From positions 3,472,001 to 3,536,000 of the forward strand of contig CM030338.1 of assembly GCA_017654855.1 (NCBI GenBank): 64,000 nucleotides of DNA. Reading direction: 5' to 3'. The DNA is from Podospora anserina. Taxonomy: Eukaryota. Positions 49,154 to 62,150 of this stretch are shown one piece after another (the first letter of the stretch is position 1; every line of letters starts with the position of its first letter). A model generated the notes under the pieces. It searched no databases and was not told the DNA's origin. It worked only from the letters and a program-made list of their open reading frames with translations. Made by a program: the position numbers and the translations under genes.

Positions 49154-50030
49154 CTAAGTATACTGCCAAGCAGCCGCCCCCTGGCCGGGGTAAGGAGTGA
49201 CCTTGAGGTTGATGGGAGTGCAGTAGTTAAGGCTCTCGGCGTTTGTTGAGTTTCTACCATACAAAGTCCACTCGGGCCCAGCAGGACCCGAAGCCCTCGG
49301 AGGACAAGCGACCCAACCCCAACCGTTGCCATTGAGGTTGATGAACCCACCGCCCTGGTAGGCGGCAAAGCCAGTCGAGGTGCTGCCGAACGGCATGTAT
49401 GCCGAATGAGCTTGGGTGTATCCGACATTCCAGTCCGGCGTCAGATAGACCTGTTGACCGCCGGGCACCATTGTGTTCATACCAGCTCCGCCGAAGCCGC
49501 CCGCCACAATCGATGTGACGTTGCCGGGTGGGCAGTTGGGGTCGACGACAGAAGGGCAGTAGCTCTTGGTTTCTCCTCCAAGCCACAGACGAAGCCCTTG
49601 GGCGGTGACGGGCTTGCCGTCAAGCTGGGGGAGCGCCGGGTTTGAGACGGTGAGAGTAAAGGCAGACTCGGCGGGCGGGAGAAGACTAAGGATGTTATTG
49701 TTGCAGGTGTACATGAACTTGCTGTAACAGGCTCCATTGCAATAAGATAGGCCTTCACCGGCTGTGACGGGGCAGAGAAATTGGTTCTCCCAGCATACGT
49801 ACTGAACACAGATCTGAGTTAGTGTGACGCCGTGCGAGGTGATCTGGAAGCTGTGCAATGATTTTGTAGGAGATAAAATCAGGGGTAGGTGGTACAAGCC
49901 TGGTTGGTTTGTAGAGGTGGTCACTTACGTTGGTAGGGTCATATTGTGCTGGTCCACATTGCTCCAGAGCACCCAGAACTCGATGGCCTAGGCCAATGAG
50001 GACGGCAGCAGTCAGGCTAAACCGAGTCAT
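49154..50030 (-). CDS. Secreted protein with an N-terminal CBM52-type beta-1,3-glucan-binding module and an IgE-binding-protein-like cell-wall domain (~249 aa); exons 50030-49929, 49801-49154
   Basis: Signal-like MTRFSLTAAVLIGLG. CGPAQYDPTNYVCWENQFLCP..CNGACYSKFMYTC is a six-Cys CBM52 pattern. SYCP..CPPGN..VPGGQQVYL..GYTQAHSA..WVACP is typical of fungal IgE-binding proteins. Intron GTAAGT..ACTAAC..CAG. Confidence 0.8.
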
Positions 50031-51961
50031 TTCTGCTATCGATAGGAATATTGTGATGATTGTATCCGAGTGCAAGTGCAAGGCCTTTCAAGCGATAACT
50101 GCAGAGTCCTAGGTTCTTGGAAGTGATGGTTGAATGGGAAAGATTCAAGAGGTGTGTTTTCGGAGTGAAAGCCACAGCATTTATATTCCGTTGACGATGC
50201 CATGGCACTCGACCCCATGCCTCCTCGTACAAACCTGAGCGGGTAACTGACATGGGTTGCAGACTCTCTTTACATGTAGCATCTCGTATTGCTGCCGTCA
50301 CTTGTCTGCTGATTAGGCAAGGTCTTGTATCCAGGATGGTTTACTGCGCGATGTCTTCCGAGTCAGTTCTGATCAGGTGGACACCAGTTTGTGCCAATGT
50401 TACCAAGGAAGTTTACCTTTATCTGCGTGAGGGAGGGATATGGACGGTTCTGTGGAGTACAAGGTGCAACTCTGACTGGCCCGGCCAAGCATCTGGCCGA
50501 TCTGAGTGTGTAAGAGTGTAGCACCCCAGCCACGCCAAACGCAGGAATAACAGTGCCGATGAAAAAAGATAGCGAGCTCTATATGCGGGGTATACATGTC
50601 AATGATGGTTGCCAAGACCCAGCACACCTGACTTCCATGTTTATAGACCTCGTATTCAGAGTGTCGGATGGGCTGGCTAAATCCATTACTCCATCCGGAC
50701 TATCCCCGCGCTCAGCAACTGCTGGGCCGCCCGGCTTCGGCTGACTGCGGAAACGCCGGTGTTCGTGTCTTTCGAAGTTGTATTCAGCTTTCTTGTCTCC
50801 TGTCACTTGTGTCAATACGGGACACCCGAACAGTCCTGGAGGAAGGTTTGTATAACCTTGGGGTTAGGTACTTACACGGGCATGTCTGATGCAGCTGAGA
50901 TGTCGCCGCCTCGTGTTTTATTCCTGTTCATCGTGAACTTCGTATCAAGAATTATATTGTTGTCCTGCACAGACCCTATCCCGCTGCCTAGGTAATATGG
51001 CAAGCTCAACCGACTCTATGCAATCATACGATCTGCTTGTGCACAACTCGTAATCTTGACTGCGACTCATGATCCCATTTTAGTCTTCTGGTCCATTTAA
51101 GGCACACCCTACACACAAGATTGCGATAATGTAAATACACTTCAAGGAGAGCCAGAGATCAAATGGTCTTGAAAAAGGAGACACCAGGTACTTGAGGATG
51201 ATTGTTGATGAAGGCGCGTTCCCGGCCTAGGGCACTTTCTGTTTTTCTTTCTCAGCAAGGTTGAGTTGTCAAGAAAACGCATACTATTTACTCAACTATG
51301 CGTCAACGCCTCTCGAACATTTCAGGTTGCCTCCCGTTATATCGAGGATTCACTGACTACCTATTTTCAAGGACCTCACATATCGCGCGAAGCGTATGTA
51401 CAACCGGGCAAATTCTGTTTCGCAACTTTCGTCCACAGCACGCCCGCATAATTGATAGACGTATGGGATATGGCAGGTAGTCTCGCGCTATGTATGCCTT
51501 TGTATACTTGTTGGGCCCCTGTTAAAAACAGTTTGATATGCACCTGAGCCGTGTGTATGGCTTATACGTCTCGAGTTGGGTGTGCATATTGTGTTGTCAG
51601 GTGGATAAAACTACCTCACTGCAAAATTATATTGCGCTAAGTCCAGCGCAATGATCTCCATATATAACAGTGACTTGTGTCTCTACCGTTGTAGTTTGTC
51701 AAGGTTATCTGTGCCAAGAATCATACCGCAGCAGATACTACGTACCTAGATAGTTTCGCAGAGCGAAACATAGCTCAACCTAGAACTTTGCTATCACTGA
51801 TAAAGATTGGATTCTCGGCACAATTTTATCCAACTCTTGTCGTTGATATATTAATGTCCGACTGCCATCATCACTGCCCCGCAAGTGCCGGCTTCTCCGC
51901 ACTTCACGGCACCCTTTCGGGTGCCAATTCCGAGTTTAGGGGTTTATTTTGTTGGAGTATA

Positions 51962-51976
51962 TCCGCATAATGCGGA
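51962..51976. promoter_or_regulatory. Palindrome TCCGCAT-A-ATGCGGA (CCG-N7-CGG), a possible Zn2Cys6 factor site about 115 bp upstream of the ALDH gene
   Basis: Perfect 7-bp arms containing CGG triplets; binding is inferred. Confidence 0.4.
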
Positions 51977-52091
51977 GTATCTTGCTCGAGGCTAATAAAA
52001 TTCATGCGCGCTCTTCTCTTCATGTGGCTTTCTCTCACCATGAACGGTGAATCTGAACGACATCCACATTTCAGTTCCAAAATACCAAGAA

Positions 52092-53703
52092 ATGGCACCT
52101 CACAGCCCAACTACATCGAATAATGGGGGAGTCTCTGAGAGAACCAGTACTCTTTCCCAGCCTCAGTTTCTTTTCATCAACGGCAAATACATCCTCAGCT
52201 CAGACAATGAAACTTTCCCAGTCAGAAACCCAATAACGGGCAGCGTCCTCTACAACTGTGCTTCTGCTTCGAAGGTTGATTACGAAACCGCCATCGAGAA
52301 TGCACACTCGGCCTACCAGACGTGGTCACAGACAGGGCCTTCAGCAAGGAGACGCATCTTCCTCAAGGCGGCCGACATTATGGAATCGTACATCACAGGG
52401 GACGCTCCAGAGTTCATGTCCCAGGAGGTGTCTGCCACTATGCATTGGGTCAAAATCAACGTCTTTGCCACCGCGGGCCTTTTTCGCGAAACCGCGAGCC
52501 TGGCCACTCAAATCAGAGGAGAGATAGTCCCAGCTGACAGGCCCGGAACGACAATTTGGGTGGAAAGGCAGCCGGTGGGCGTGGTGTTTGCGATTTCACC
52601 ATGGAATGCTCCGGTTGGTTGACTCCTCTTTTCTTCGTCTCTTTGTCGTTTTATTTTCATGACCCAGAGAGCTAATTATTTCTGTACAGATCAACCTCAC
52701 CGCAAGAGCAATTGCCGTCCCATTGCTCTGCGGCAATACGGTAGTCCTCAAACCATCCGAGTTCAGCCCAAAAAGTCAGGATTTGGCCATACGGGCGTTG
52801 ACTGCCGCGGGCCTACCACCAGGATGCGTCAACGTTTTGCCCACGAGCGCGGAACGGACGCCTGAGGTGACCGAATTGGCGGTCAAGCACCCCAAGGTTC
52901 TTCGAGTCAACTTCACGGGAAGCGACAGAGTGGGGAGGATCATCGCTGGCTGGGCGGCCACCTGCCTAAAACAATGTGTCTTGGAACTCGGCGGCAAGGC
53001 CCCTGTTATTGTCTTTGAGGATGCCAACATTGACGATGCGGTCGAGGCGGTGGTGTTTGGGGCCTTGGCTTTTAGTGGACAGGTGTGCATGTCGACCGAG
53101 CGAGTGATATTGCACAAGTCAATCAGCAGGGAGTTCAAAGAGAAACTGCTGAAGAAGGTGGAATCCATCAAGACCGGCAATCACTTGGAGGACCCGGCAG
53201 TTTCGATATCTGGATTGTTCACGTCGGCTCATGCAAAACGAGTGATGAGCTTGGTCAAGAGTGCGGTAGACGGTGGTGCGAAACTGCTTGCTGGTGACCT
53301 CCAAGTCACTGGCCCGAGAGGTACCATTATTCGACCTCATATTCTTGAACATGTCAGCACAAATATGGATATTGCACACGTCGAGACATTTGGGCCTGTC
53401 ATGTTACTGTCCGAGTTCGAAACGGACGACGAGGCGGTGGCCTCAGCAAATGACAGCGACTTTTCTTTATGTGGGAGTGTCTTCTCAAAAGATACAATGA
53501 GGGCCTTGGACATCTCCAAGCGGCTCAGGTTAGGGGCATGTCACATCAACGGGCCGAGCTTATATGTGGAATCCACGCTGCCACAGGGAGGGACAGGGGG
53601 TGGCAGTGGATATGGACGCTTTGGTGGAATGGCTGGAGTCGAGGCATTCACTGAGAAAAAGATAATCACTGTTGTCAAACCGGGCCTGAAATTACCCCTT
53701 TGA
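52092..53703 (+). CDS. Aldehyde dehydrogenase (vanillin/salicylaldehyde dehydrogenase-like), ~511 aa; exons 52092-52613, 52690-53703
   Basis: ISPWNAP, VVLKPSE, NFTGS, catalytic Glu in LELGGKAP, catalytic Cys in SGQVCMST, ETFGP and SGYGRFGG. Intron GTTGGT..GCTAAT..CAG. Confidence 0.93.
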
Positions 53704-54062
53704 AGTCAGGCTCGGATCCAGCTATTCGTTGGTGAGGATCAAGATGATCTTACATCAATATGCTTCCTGTTTCTTGTCACCTTTTGGCAGAGGATCAGGA
53801 CATAATGGCGAGAAACCTAGGCTTTGTTCATAAACATATCATTATTTCCATCCTCCCAGTGAGCCACCATCCTTCTTGCATGACTTTTTTACAGACTGAC
53901 AAACACCCAAGGTTTGCCCACTTAATTATTAAGCATGAAAAACCCCAAACCCGAAAGTACGAAGCGCCTTGAAGAAACACCCCCTATGTGCAGTACAAAT
54001 TACCATGCTTTTTCCCTTACTACCCGCTTGCTCTGATACATCCTCCTCGACATTTGATCAGC

Positions 54063-57000
54063 CTATGCAAAGTTATCCTGTCTGTCCACCCAGATATCTT
54101 CCAACTCGTTGAAACTGGAGAAGTGGATCGGGCGGTGTTGATCGCTGTAAAACGGCGCAGGTGTATCCAGCTTAACATGGACCGGTTTCTTCTCCAGGCC
54201 GCCAAAGGCACTACCCATGAAGCTGTAATTCCACTTCCCTGATTCAGGCACTAGAAAGAAGCCCCTGAACTTTTCACTCAACAGTAACTGCCTCTTCTCG
54301 CCCATGGTTGTGGTAAACCCCTGGGGCTGGTCGCTGCCGACATCCTTATTCTCTGCACCCCACTTGTAGCCCTGCGGCGTGAGCGCCCAGGCTGACAGTG
54401 AGACACTGCCCGGTGTAAAGGACACTGCCACAGTTAGGGTGCTCTCCTTGCTCCACGATGGGTGGGCATCAAGCAATCGGGCATGATCGGTAACATCCAT
54501 GGCCGACATATAAGGAAGCTCATTACCAGATGTCGTGTGAATAATGCCGAGAGGCTCCATTCCTTTGAGCATGTCATGTTGAGGGAGATGCTGAGGCAGC
54601 TGAACATTGCGCAAACCACCAATCTGGGGCACCATGACGATACAGCGAACCTCCTTGACTTGATCATTGTCGGCAGGCGAAGCTCCATACAAATAGCCCG
54701 CGACCTGCACTCGAAGATCGGCAATCTGGATAAACTTCTTGAGGATATTTTTGGGCATCACATATGTGATGTCATCCACATCATTGTCCAGTGGTGACAC
54801 GTACATATTGTTCGCCCTTGTCCGCAAATTCGACGTGGCAATAGCCCTCGTGCGCCACTCGGTCTTGGACGCAAATGTCTGCTGTTCAAACTGCGATGTT
54901 GTCGTGACGATAATCTCCTCCCCATGCACATTTTGAGTCTTGGTTGTGACAGCAGTAAGTTGCTGCTGCTCCTGTTGCTGCTTTTCAATCTCGGCAGCTT
55001 GTTGTCTCTGGAGAGAGGGGGCCGAAATTTCCATACCCAAGATGATGTCGCGTACTTCGCTACTTGTCAAACTGGAGACATTGACATTATTCTTCTTCCC
55101 GTAGTCATTCAGGATCAGATCACGAAGCTGCGTTTCGACCTTGATCCAGTCCTCATCCGAGAGGGAGGGCCAGATATGATGATCTTGAGTGATGACAGTC
55201 TTGTCGGGACGCAATATCAACTTCGTCTTATCCTGGTTGACGTGCAGGGCACGGAGAATGAGAATAAGACGAGAGAATGCTGTGTATGAAGAAATGCTCT
55301 TCAGCCACTCATCGTAGAGGTTGAAAAGAACCATTTGAGGCTCGGTGGCACGCAAAATCATGTCGCCAAGCTTCTCCACCTTCATGGCAGCCTGGAAGGG
55401 AAGCTGGAGCTCAGAAGCGCGAATCGAGATATTGGGGAAGTCCAGGAGATTGACCTCCAGAGGATCCAAAAGACCCTTCCGCGTGACAATGAGCTGCTTG
55501 GGCTGCTCTTCCACTGGAAGGGATCTGATCAATGCTGCCACTTCTTCAGCCGTTTTCCATTTCGCCAACTGGCCCAGGCGCTTCTGCCCTGCCCAGACGC
55601 TGGTGTGGATAATCTTCAAGAACAGCTGCCCAGTCCGAGGGTTGAAGATAAAGATGGCACCGTTGATGGGCTTCGTGGTCAGGTTGCCCTCGAAGGTCTT
55701 GTGGATCGTCACACGGTACACATTTGTGTCGTCAATGAAGAGCTGAGTCTGATTACTGAATAGCTCGGAATAATTTTGCGAGTTGAGGAACTCTTGGTTG
55801 CTCTCGGAGGCATACAGCTGAAGACCTTTGCGGATACGCTCACGCAACACATAAAGAGCAGGATTGGCCTTCATGATCTTGGACATGGCTTGCTGAACCA
55901 GCGTTTTCAGGCCTGGGAAGTACTGGCCGTAAGCAGAATAGAGGTTGTAGGCAAGGTCGATACCAATCATGAGGCCGGTAGGCGATGGGTACAAGCTCAT
56001 GCTATCGGTGGTGTAATCCAGATACTTGGCCCTGACATATCTTTCAATATCATGGGAGTCGTAGTCGCCGTAGCGCAGCTGAACGTCAATCCAGAACTTG
56101 TTTGTCGTGGTTGCCTCGATGACATCTTTGTTGTCGAACAGGAGGGACGGTCGCGTAACATTCCACTTGTGGCTGGCAAACAGCTGGATGTCTGCGCAGG
56201 AACTGTTCATCTTGTAGGATTTACGCGGGTGGATCGTCTCTTTCTGAACAGATTCAATGCTCAGAGCTTCCAGTTCCTGATCAAAGACCTGGCAGAGATC
56301 CATAACAACCGACTCGTGTATTTTCTGCCACAGATGGGCGCGGAAGATCTGGATCAAAGAGATCTTGAGAGTCGGGATCTTGCCGTGAAGGAAAATACCA
56401 GTCAAATCCAGTTGGACCTGGAAACCAACGTAAACATTTGCTCTGTTGATGGTTGGGCTCCACCAAAGAGTGAACCGACGGTTGGGGATTTGATTGAGAC
56501 CGGACCGCTGGGCGTTTGTGAGCTTTTTGAACTTCATTGATCTGGGAAATAGTTAGTACACTGCATGCTGAGGTGTGGATTAGAGGGGGTTTACGCACTC
56601 TTCGAAACCGGAGGCCCGCTCCCAGAATAGACCCTCCCAAGAAGGGAAGCCTGTTGCCTTGAAAAGAGTATGCTCGAGAATCGTCTCAACACCTCCCAGT
56701 GCCTGAATGACATCGGTGCGATAGGCATTGAGGTTCCAAAGTTTGCCGTCGTGTCGCTGACTGGTCCACCAGAACGGATTGCTCTTCATCAACTGATAAA
56801 TCTTGAACTCTGCCCGGGTGCGGAACCCCTTGTCGAAGCTCAGCGTGCTGCGGTCCTTTTGGAACAGCGTGTTGATGCGCGGCAGACCCCGATCCCAGCT
56901 GTCTTCTAGATCCTCCAAGGTCAGCCTCCTGTTTTGCTGGTTGGCCTCGAGCCTCTTCTGCGAATATTCCGTCCAGACGCGTTGGGAATCGATGAACTCG

Positions 57001-60000
57001 GCCTCCCAGGGAATGATGTAGCGGAAGATGTTAGGAATAAGGGTTTCCTCGTCGTGAGACATGCCGGCACGGTAATGAGTGACCCCGACATCGGTCTGCT
57101 TGGACCATCGCTTATCGCTCGTTGGGATCAAGATGTGAGACCCAGAGATCATACCCAGACCACCAAGCTCTTTGGGGGTATAAAATACAGCAGGCGGGAA
57201 CCGCGACGGCATCTTTGAGTTGAGGCCAATCTTGACTCGGGTTTGGATCTTAGTCTCACACTTGACAATTGTGTCAAGTAGATTGACAGTCGAAACAGCA
57301 GCCTCGCGGTAGTACGTGAAGAGAGCGATCAAGGCGGTGTTCCACTTGTTGGCAATCTTGGTGAACGTGGTTGAGCCCGAGGACATGAGGATTTGGCGAA
57401 TGCGGTTGTTGAACTTCTGAATGTCCTCCTCGGTAACCTGCAAAAAGGCGTGGGCGGTGCGCTCCTTGGTGGCGTTGTTCACCAGTGACCAAACGCTGTC
57501 CTTGACGGGAAACTCGTCATTCTGGTTGCGAATCTTGGGCAAAATGCGCACCTCGAAGCCGCACATTGAGAACAGGAGGTTTGGGTTGTCCTTGCTGTAG
57601 ACACTTGCAAATGTGTCTTCCCACTCGATGGTCGTGACGGATCTTGGTAGTCGATTCTTCAGATCCCAAAAGACAGCCCTGCCGAGGTTGACATCGTGTC
57701 TCATCAAGCGCATGCGAGAATCTCTCGGCCAGCATTTCTTGCTCTTGTACCCGATGACATTCTCAAAATTTGGATCCGGTTGTTCGGTAAGAAACCGCTG
57801 GATGAGGTCGCGCGATTCGTCAGCCGTGAAGCGGAGAAAGACCCAAATTTTGTCAATGTATCTGGTGTACAGTCTAATGGGGTGTCTCGTCTCCGTGTCG
57901 CGATCCTGGAACTGGAGGAAATCGTTAGGGCTTTGAGGCGGGCCGGCAATCTCGCTGGCGCGCTGAGGCCCCAGGAGTAGAAGGTCGAGAATCAGCCCAT
58001 AATACTGGAAAACAAACGCCGAAAACTGAAGGCCACGAATCATGCCGTAACTATTGACATGGCTCATGTCTTTGTAGGTCAGTGTGACGTTGTTCTTGGC
58101 CGTAATGTAGTCGGCCAAATTGTGGTCCATGATGAGGCGAAGTAGCGAATTGAGCAACGTGAGCTCGATCTTCTCGTACACCTTGGACAAGGAGGTCTCG
58201 ATCATGACGTTGCACTCCCCATTTGCGGTTTCCCAGACTTGGTCGAGATTGTTGATACCTTGAGCCCACTTGTACACGAGGAGAGGAGGGACCTCAGAGT
58301 CCGACGGCTTGATCCAAGCAGGAAAGAGGTGACGCTGGTCGGCTTGATACCAGAGATACTGATCCAGGTAGGCATCGCTGATCTTCTCAATGGGCTCAAT
58401 GTCGTACACAGGGTTGATGGTGCTATAATTGTCGTTCATATCAATGCCCACCTCCTTGAAGGCCCGCTGCGTCAAGAGGAAGCGCTTGATCCGCTCGAGA
58501 GTAGTTCCCGGGCTGTCGTATGCCTGTTCAATAAGGGCCAGCTCTTCTCTTTGGCTCTGGTTAAGTCTCCCCTTGGTGGAGTAGGCCTCGCGGAGACGCT
58601 CGAGGGCCAAGATGAGGATCTTGGTATCATGCTTGTAGGAAACACTCGGGAAAGGAATAGGGGAGAACTTGCGGGACTCGAGCCAATGCACAGTGGTCGT
58701 ATAGATGGCCACGGCCTCCTCGGAGGATACATACGGTCCATCTTTCATATGGTTGTGTTGCCTTTCCTGCTCAGCCTTGAGCCAGAGACGGGTAAGGCGG
58801 CCGACGTTCTTCTTGGCGACGGTCTTGTCCACGGTGGCACCCCTTCTGATGCGCTCTCTGTTGTAGTGAGCAACCGAGACCCACCAATCAGCCTTGGACT
58901 TGACATATCTGAGGATGATGTTCTCAATAGCAGCAGGCAATCCTGGGACCTTCCACGGAATATTGCTCTTCCAGCACCTCCAGGCCTCAGAGAGATGCTG
59001 CAACACGGTGTTGACCTTGTTTTGTTTGATACCCTCGGGCATCATATCCATCAGGTCCGCCATGACCGAAGCCCGAAGCTCGAGATCGAAATGTGACTCG
59101 ACACGCTGCTTCGTGACGGTCTTGGCAACGCCTTTGCTGTGGCGGCCTTCAAACTGACGAGACAGCAAATTTCCAAGCCAGCGCTCCAGCAAGGGGATAA
59201 TACCGCGCATGAAAAACAGCCAGACTCTCCAGGCAGGAGCCCAGAAACCGCAGCCAGGGCCTTTGCCAACAGGGCCCGCGTTAAACCGGTAGTAGATCAA
59301 GTGCTTCAAATCCTTGCAAGAGCGAATCTGGTGCATGAGCTTGTACTTGTATCGATACATTCCCGTCAGCTGTCCCACATGGTTGAACGCATAGAGGATA
59401 CCATCGGCGAGCTGAAATGCGTCAATGTTACCCAGCCGGTATTGCACTTGGGCATCGACAATGAGCTTGGTGAGCCGCAAGATCTCTCGCATTAGATGAA
59501 AGGCGTTTCCAAATCTCGACTTTTTGCGCTCCTTGGTAGTGAGAGTCTTGACGGGCTTCAGGTTGAAATTGTAATCAAGATGGAGATAGGTAAGGTTCTT
59601 GCGATGAATCAACAAGTTGAGCATGTTGAAACCTTGGCGACAGACTTGAAGACCTGCCTCTACCCAGTCGATGGTTGTCTGCTGGAAGAACTTGGTCTGC
59701 TTCAAGGACCTGAGCAGGCTTTGCTTTTGCAACGACTTGGGCTTCTTCTTGTGAAGCTCGTTGAGGACGTACGTCTTCAAAAGCTTCTGGTATGAGACGC
59801 GAACCTTCACAGGCTGCTTTGGTGGACAGTGTTCGAGGTACCAGTGCTTGATCAGAGGAACATCTTGAGCCCGGACCATACGCCCAGAGCGACGGTCAAA
59901 TGGAAACGGTGCCCACCACAGTTCTATCGCAGATGCCGTGTCGTCTGTATAAAGCTCCTCGTCGGCCATGAACGGCTCAACACCCACGGGAAGCTCGAAC

Positions 60001-61235
60001 TCCTCCTCTTCTGGCTCCTCGTTGCTGCCCTGGCCAAAAAGTTCGTCTTCATGACTGATGGTGAGGTTCTTCGGCGCCACGGCCCGAGATGAGATGGGGT
60101 TGATGCTGGTGTCGAAGTAGAATGCAGGGAGATTGTGGTCCTCTGTTCGGGTGTACACTACCTGAGGATGCGAATGCCAGGACAGGTGGACGCTGCGCGG
60201 GAGAGCATTGTAAAGATAGGGATAGGACACTCGACATTCAGTTCGGATGGGGTTTCTGAAAATGATGCGGTCCATGGCGTTGAACTCGCCGAAATCCTCG
60301 TCATTGGGGTCGATATCTTTGTAAAGTGGCTCAAAGCGAGGACCGCCAGGCAGCGCAACATTCAAGGCTTTGGCCGTGAGAAAGCTCTTGAGCTCGAAGA
60401 GATAAAAGTAATTCTGATCAACAACCTCAGATACCAAAGGGCGACTGAGCCGATATAAGCTCGCCATTTGTGGCAGTGTGAGGTTCCATGTCTTGTAGCT
60501 TGGGCCATTGACATGTGTCGTGTCCAGGAGAGGTTGATGGTCATAAAACCATTCGTACACAGCAGCCTCTTCGTCTTCGTCGAGCTCCATCTGGATCGGC
60601 TCCAGCGGTTCGACATCCTCGATGTTCTCGGACCAAGAAAGGGGTGGCTCTTCGTCGTCAAACGGAGGGAACCGCATCCGTTTGAACAGTCTTCGATCGC
60701 TCTTCTCCTTGCGCATGGTCGTCCACATAGTAGCCCACTGTGCAAAAAATACGGGTTCGATGACGCGTGGAATCTCATTGACGAGCGTCAGGCAACCATT
60801 GACATGGTAGAGCACCTTGACCTCCCTCGCTGATTCCCAAGGCATCGGCATGTTCTCGAGCAACTTCAAAACTGCATGAGGCATGAATTTCAGCGCACCA
60901 AGATAGCTTCGCTTGTCATTGGTGTACTTCTTCTGCGAGACATCGCCGATATCCTTCACAATCTTACGCAGGTGTTCCGGCGGCATATCGGCCTTTTGCG
61001 TCTCCACGAAGCCACCCTTCCGCTTCTCGCCAAACCGATTGCGCTGGTCCCGAAGCCATTCCTTCTTCTTTTGGGCAAACTTGGCAATCTGAGGGTTCGT
61101 GGGAGGCTGGTATCCGGGGGGAGGTGGTGCCGGAATAGCAGGCGGCGGAGGAAGTGAGGACGGCGGTCCGGGGGGCGGCGGCGGAGGGGGTGGAGGCGGA
61201 GGACCCCATCCGGGAGGAGGAGGAGGGAAAGACAT
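54063..61235 (-). CDS. PRP8: Pre-mRNA splicing factor Prp8 (2371 aa), no intein; exons 61235-56599, 56541-54063
   Basis: [79 protein letters not shown], followed by the RNase H-like and Jab1/MPN domains. A 57-nt intron GTGCGT..ACTAAC..CAG joins the two ORFs. Confidence 0.99.
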
Positions 61236-62150
61236 CTCTATACGGCCTCAGGAGGGATTCTCGGATGGAGGTTGAGAGGGAAGGATGAAGGTCGCCTTGT
61301 TGGCGTTCGTGGCCGTCGGTAACTTTGTCTATCGCAGTGGTCGAAGATTGTCCGCTGCTAAAGGAGATGGAGTGTGGGTGTTTCTCTTATTATGACGTCC
61401 GCATTTCCGGGCAGGAGAGAGAAAGCGACAATCCCTCAGCGGCTCACGGCGATTAGTGGCGTGATGTGAGGTTGGTTGTTTTGTTGGTGAAGCCAGAAAT
61501 TGGCTGTCGCCTTGGTTTAGAAAATCTCGAACTGGAACAGCTCTTCGCGACGGCGAGAACAGCGCGCGAAAACTGCTGCTAGCGCGCCCAGGTCCCTGTC
61601 AGCCGTCCCGTCTGTGCCAAGCCCCCCGTTTGAAGCCACCGTTGCCCCGATAAATGCAGACCGTACGGGTATGTCTGCGATGGATGCACGTGCGGGGTCA
61701 GCTGACCTGTCTCAGTGGCGGGCTGGATGGGCTTGACTCACAGGCCAGGGAGCCCCACAAGAACAATATTTGGAGAGCTCTTTCACTTCTACGGCTTGCA
61801 CGATTCCGGCCGACTTGCGCAAAAATCTCACGAGTGCCAATCCCCAGGTGTTGTCGTTTAGAACTGCTGCAGGTGCCAATCATAAAAAGTAGGGACGAGG
61901 CCCGAAGAGCAGCTCCATTAGTTTCGAGTCTGTCACAGCGCTCCGCTCCAGGCGAAACAGCATTCGCTAGCCCCAAATTCGCCCCACCAGAAAATCACCA
62001 TTCACCGAAAATTAATTATCGAACCCCTCCAACCCGTCAGACTTTTGCTGTGCATCGCCGGCAACCCACGATCGCCCTTGCGCAAAGTTATTCTTGATCT
62101 CCGATCTCACCACCCCCGAAGGATAACTTTTTTGACGACTAACCGCAACC

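Noticed and set aside
49802-49928. Stwintron (nested intron) in the longer introns of the CBM52 and con7 genes
   Set aside because: Removing the candidate internal introns does not rebuild a valid donor site.
56580-56640. PRP8 intein or a split PRP8 gene
   Set aside because: The A|SGFEE junction is contiguous, and the break between the two ORFs is explained by a canonical 57-nt intron.
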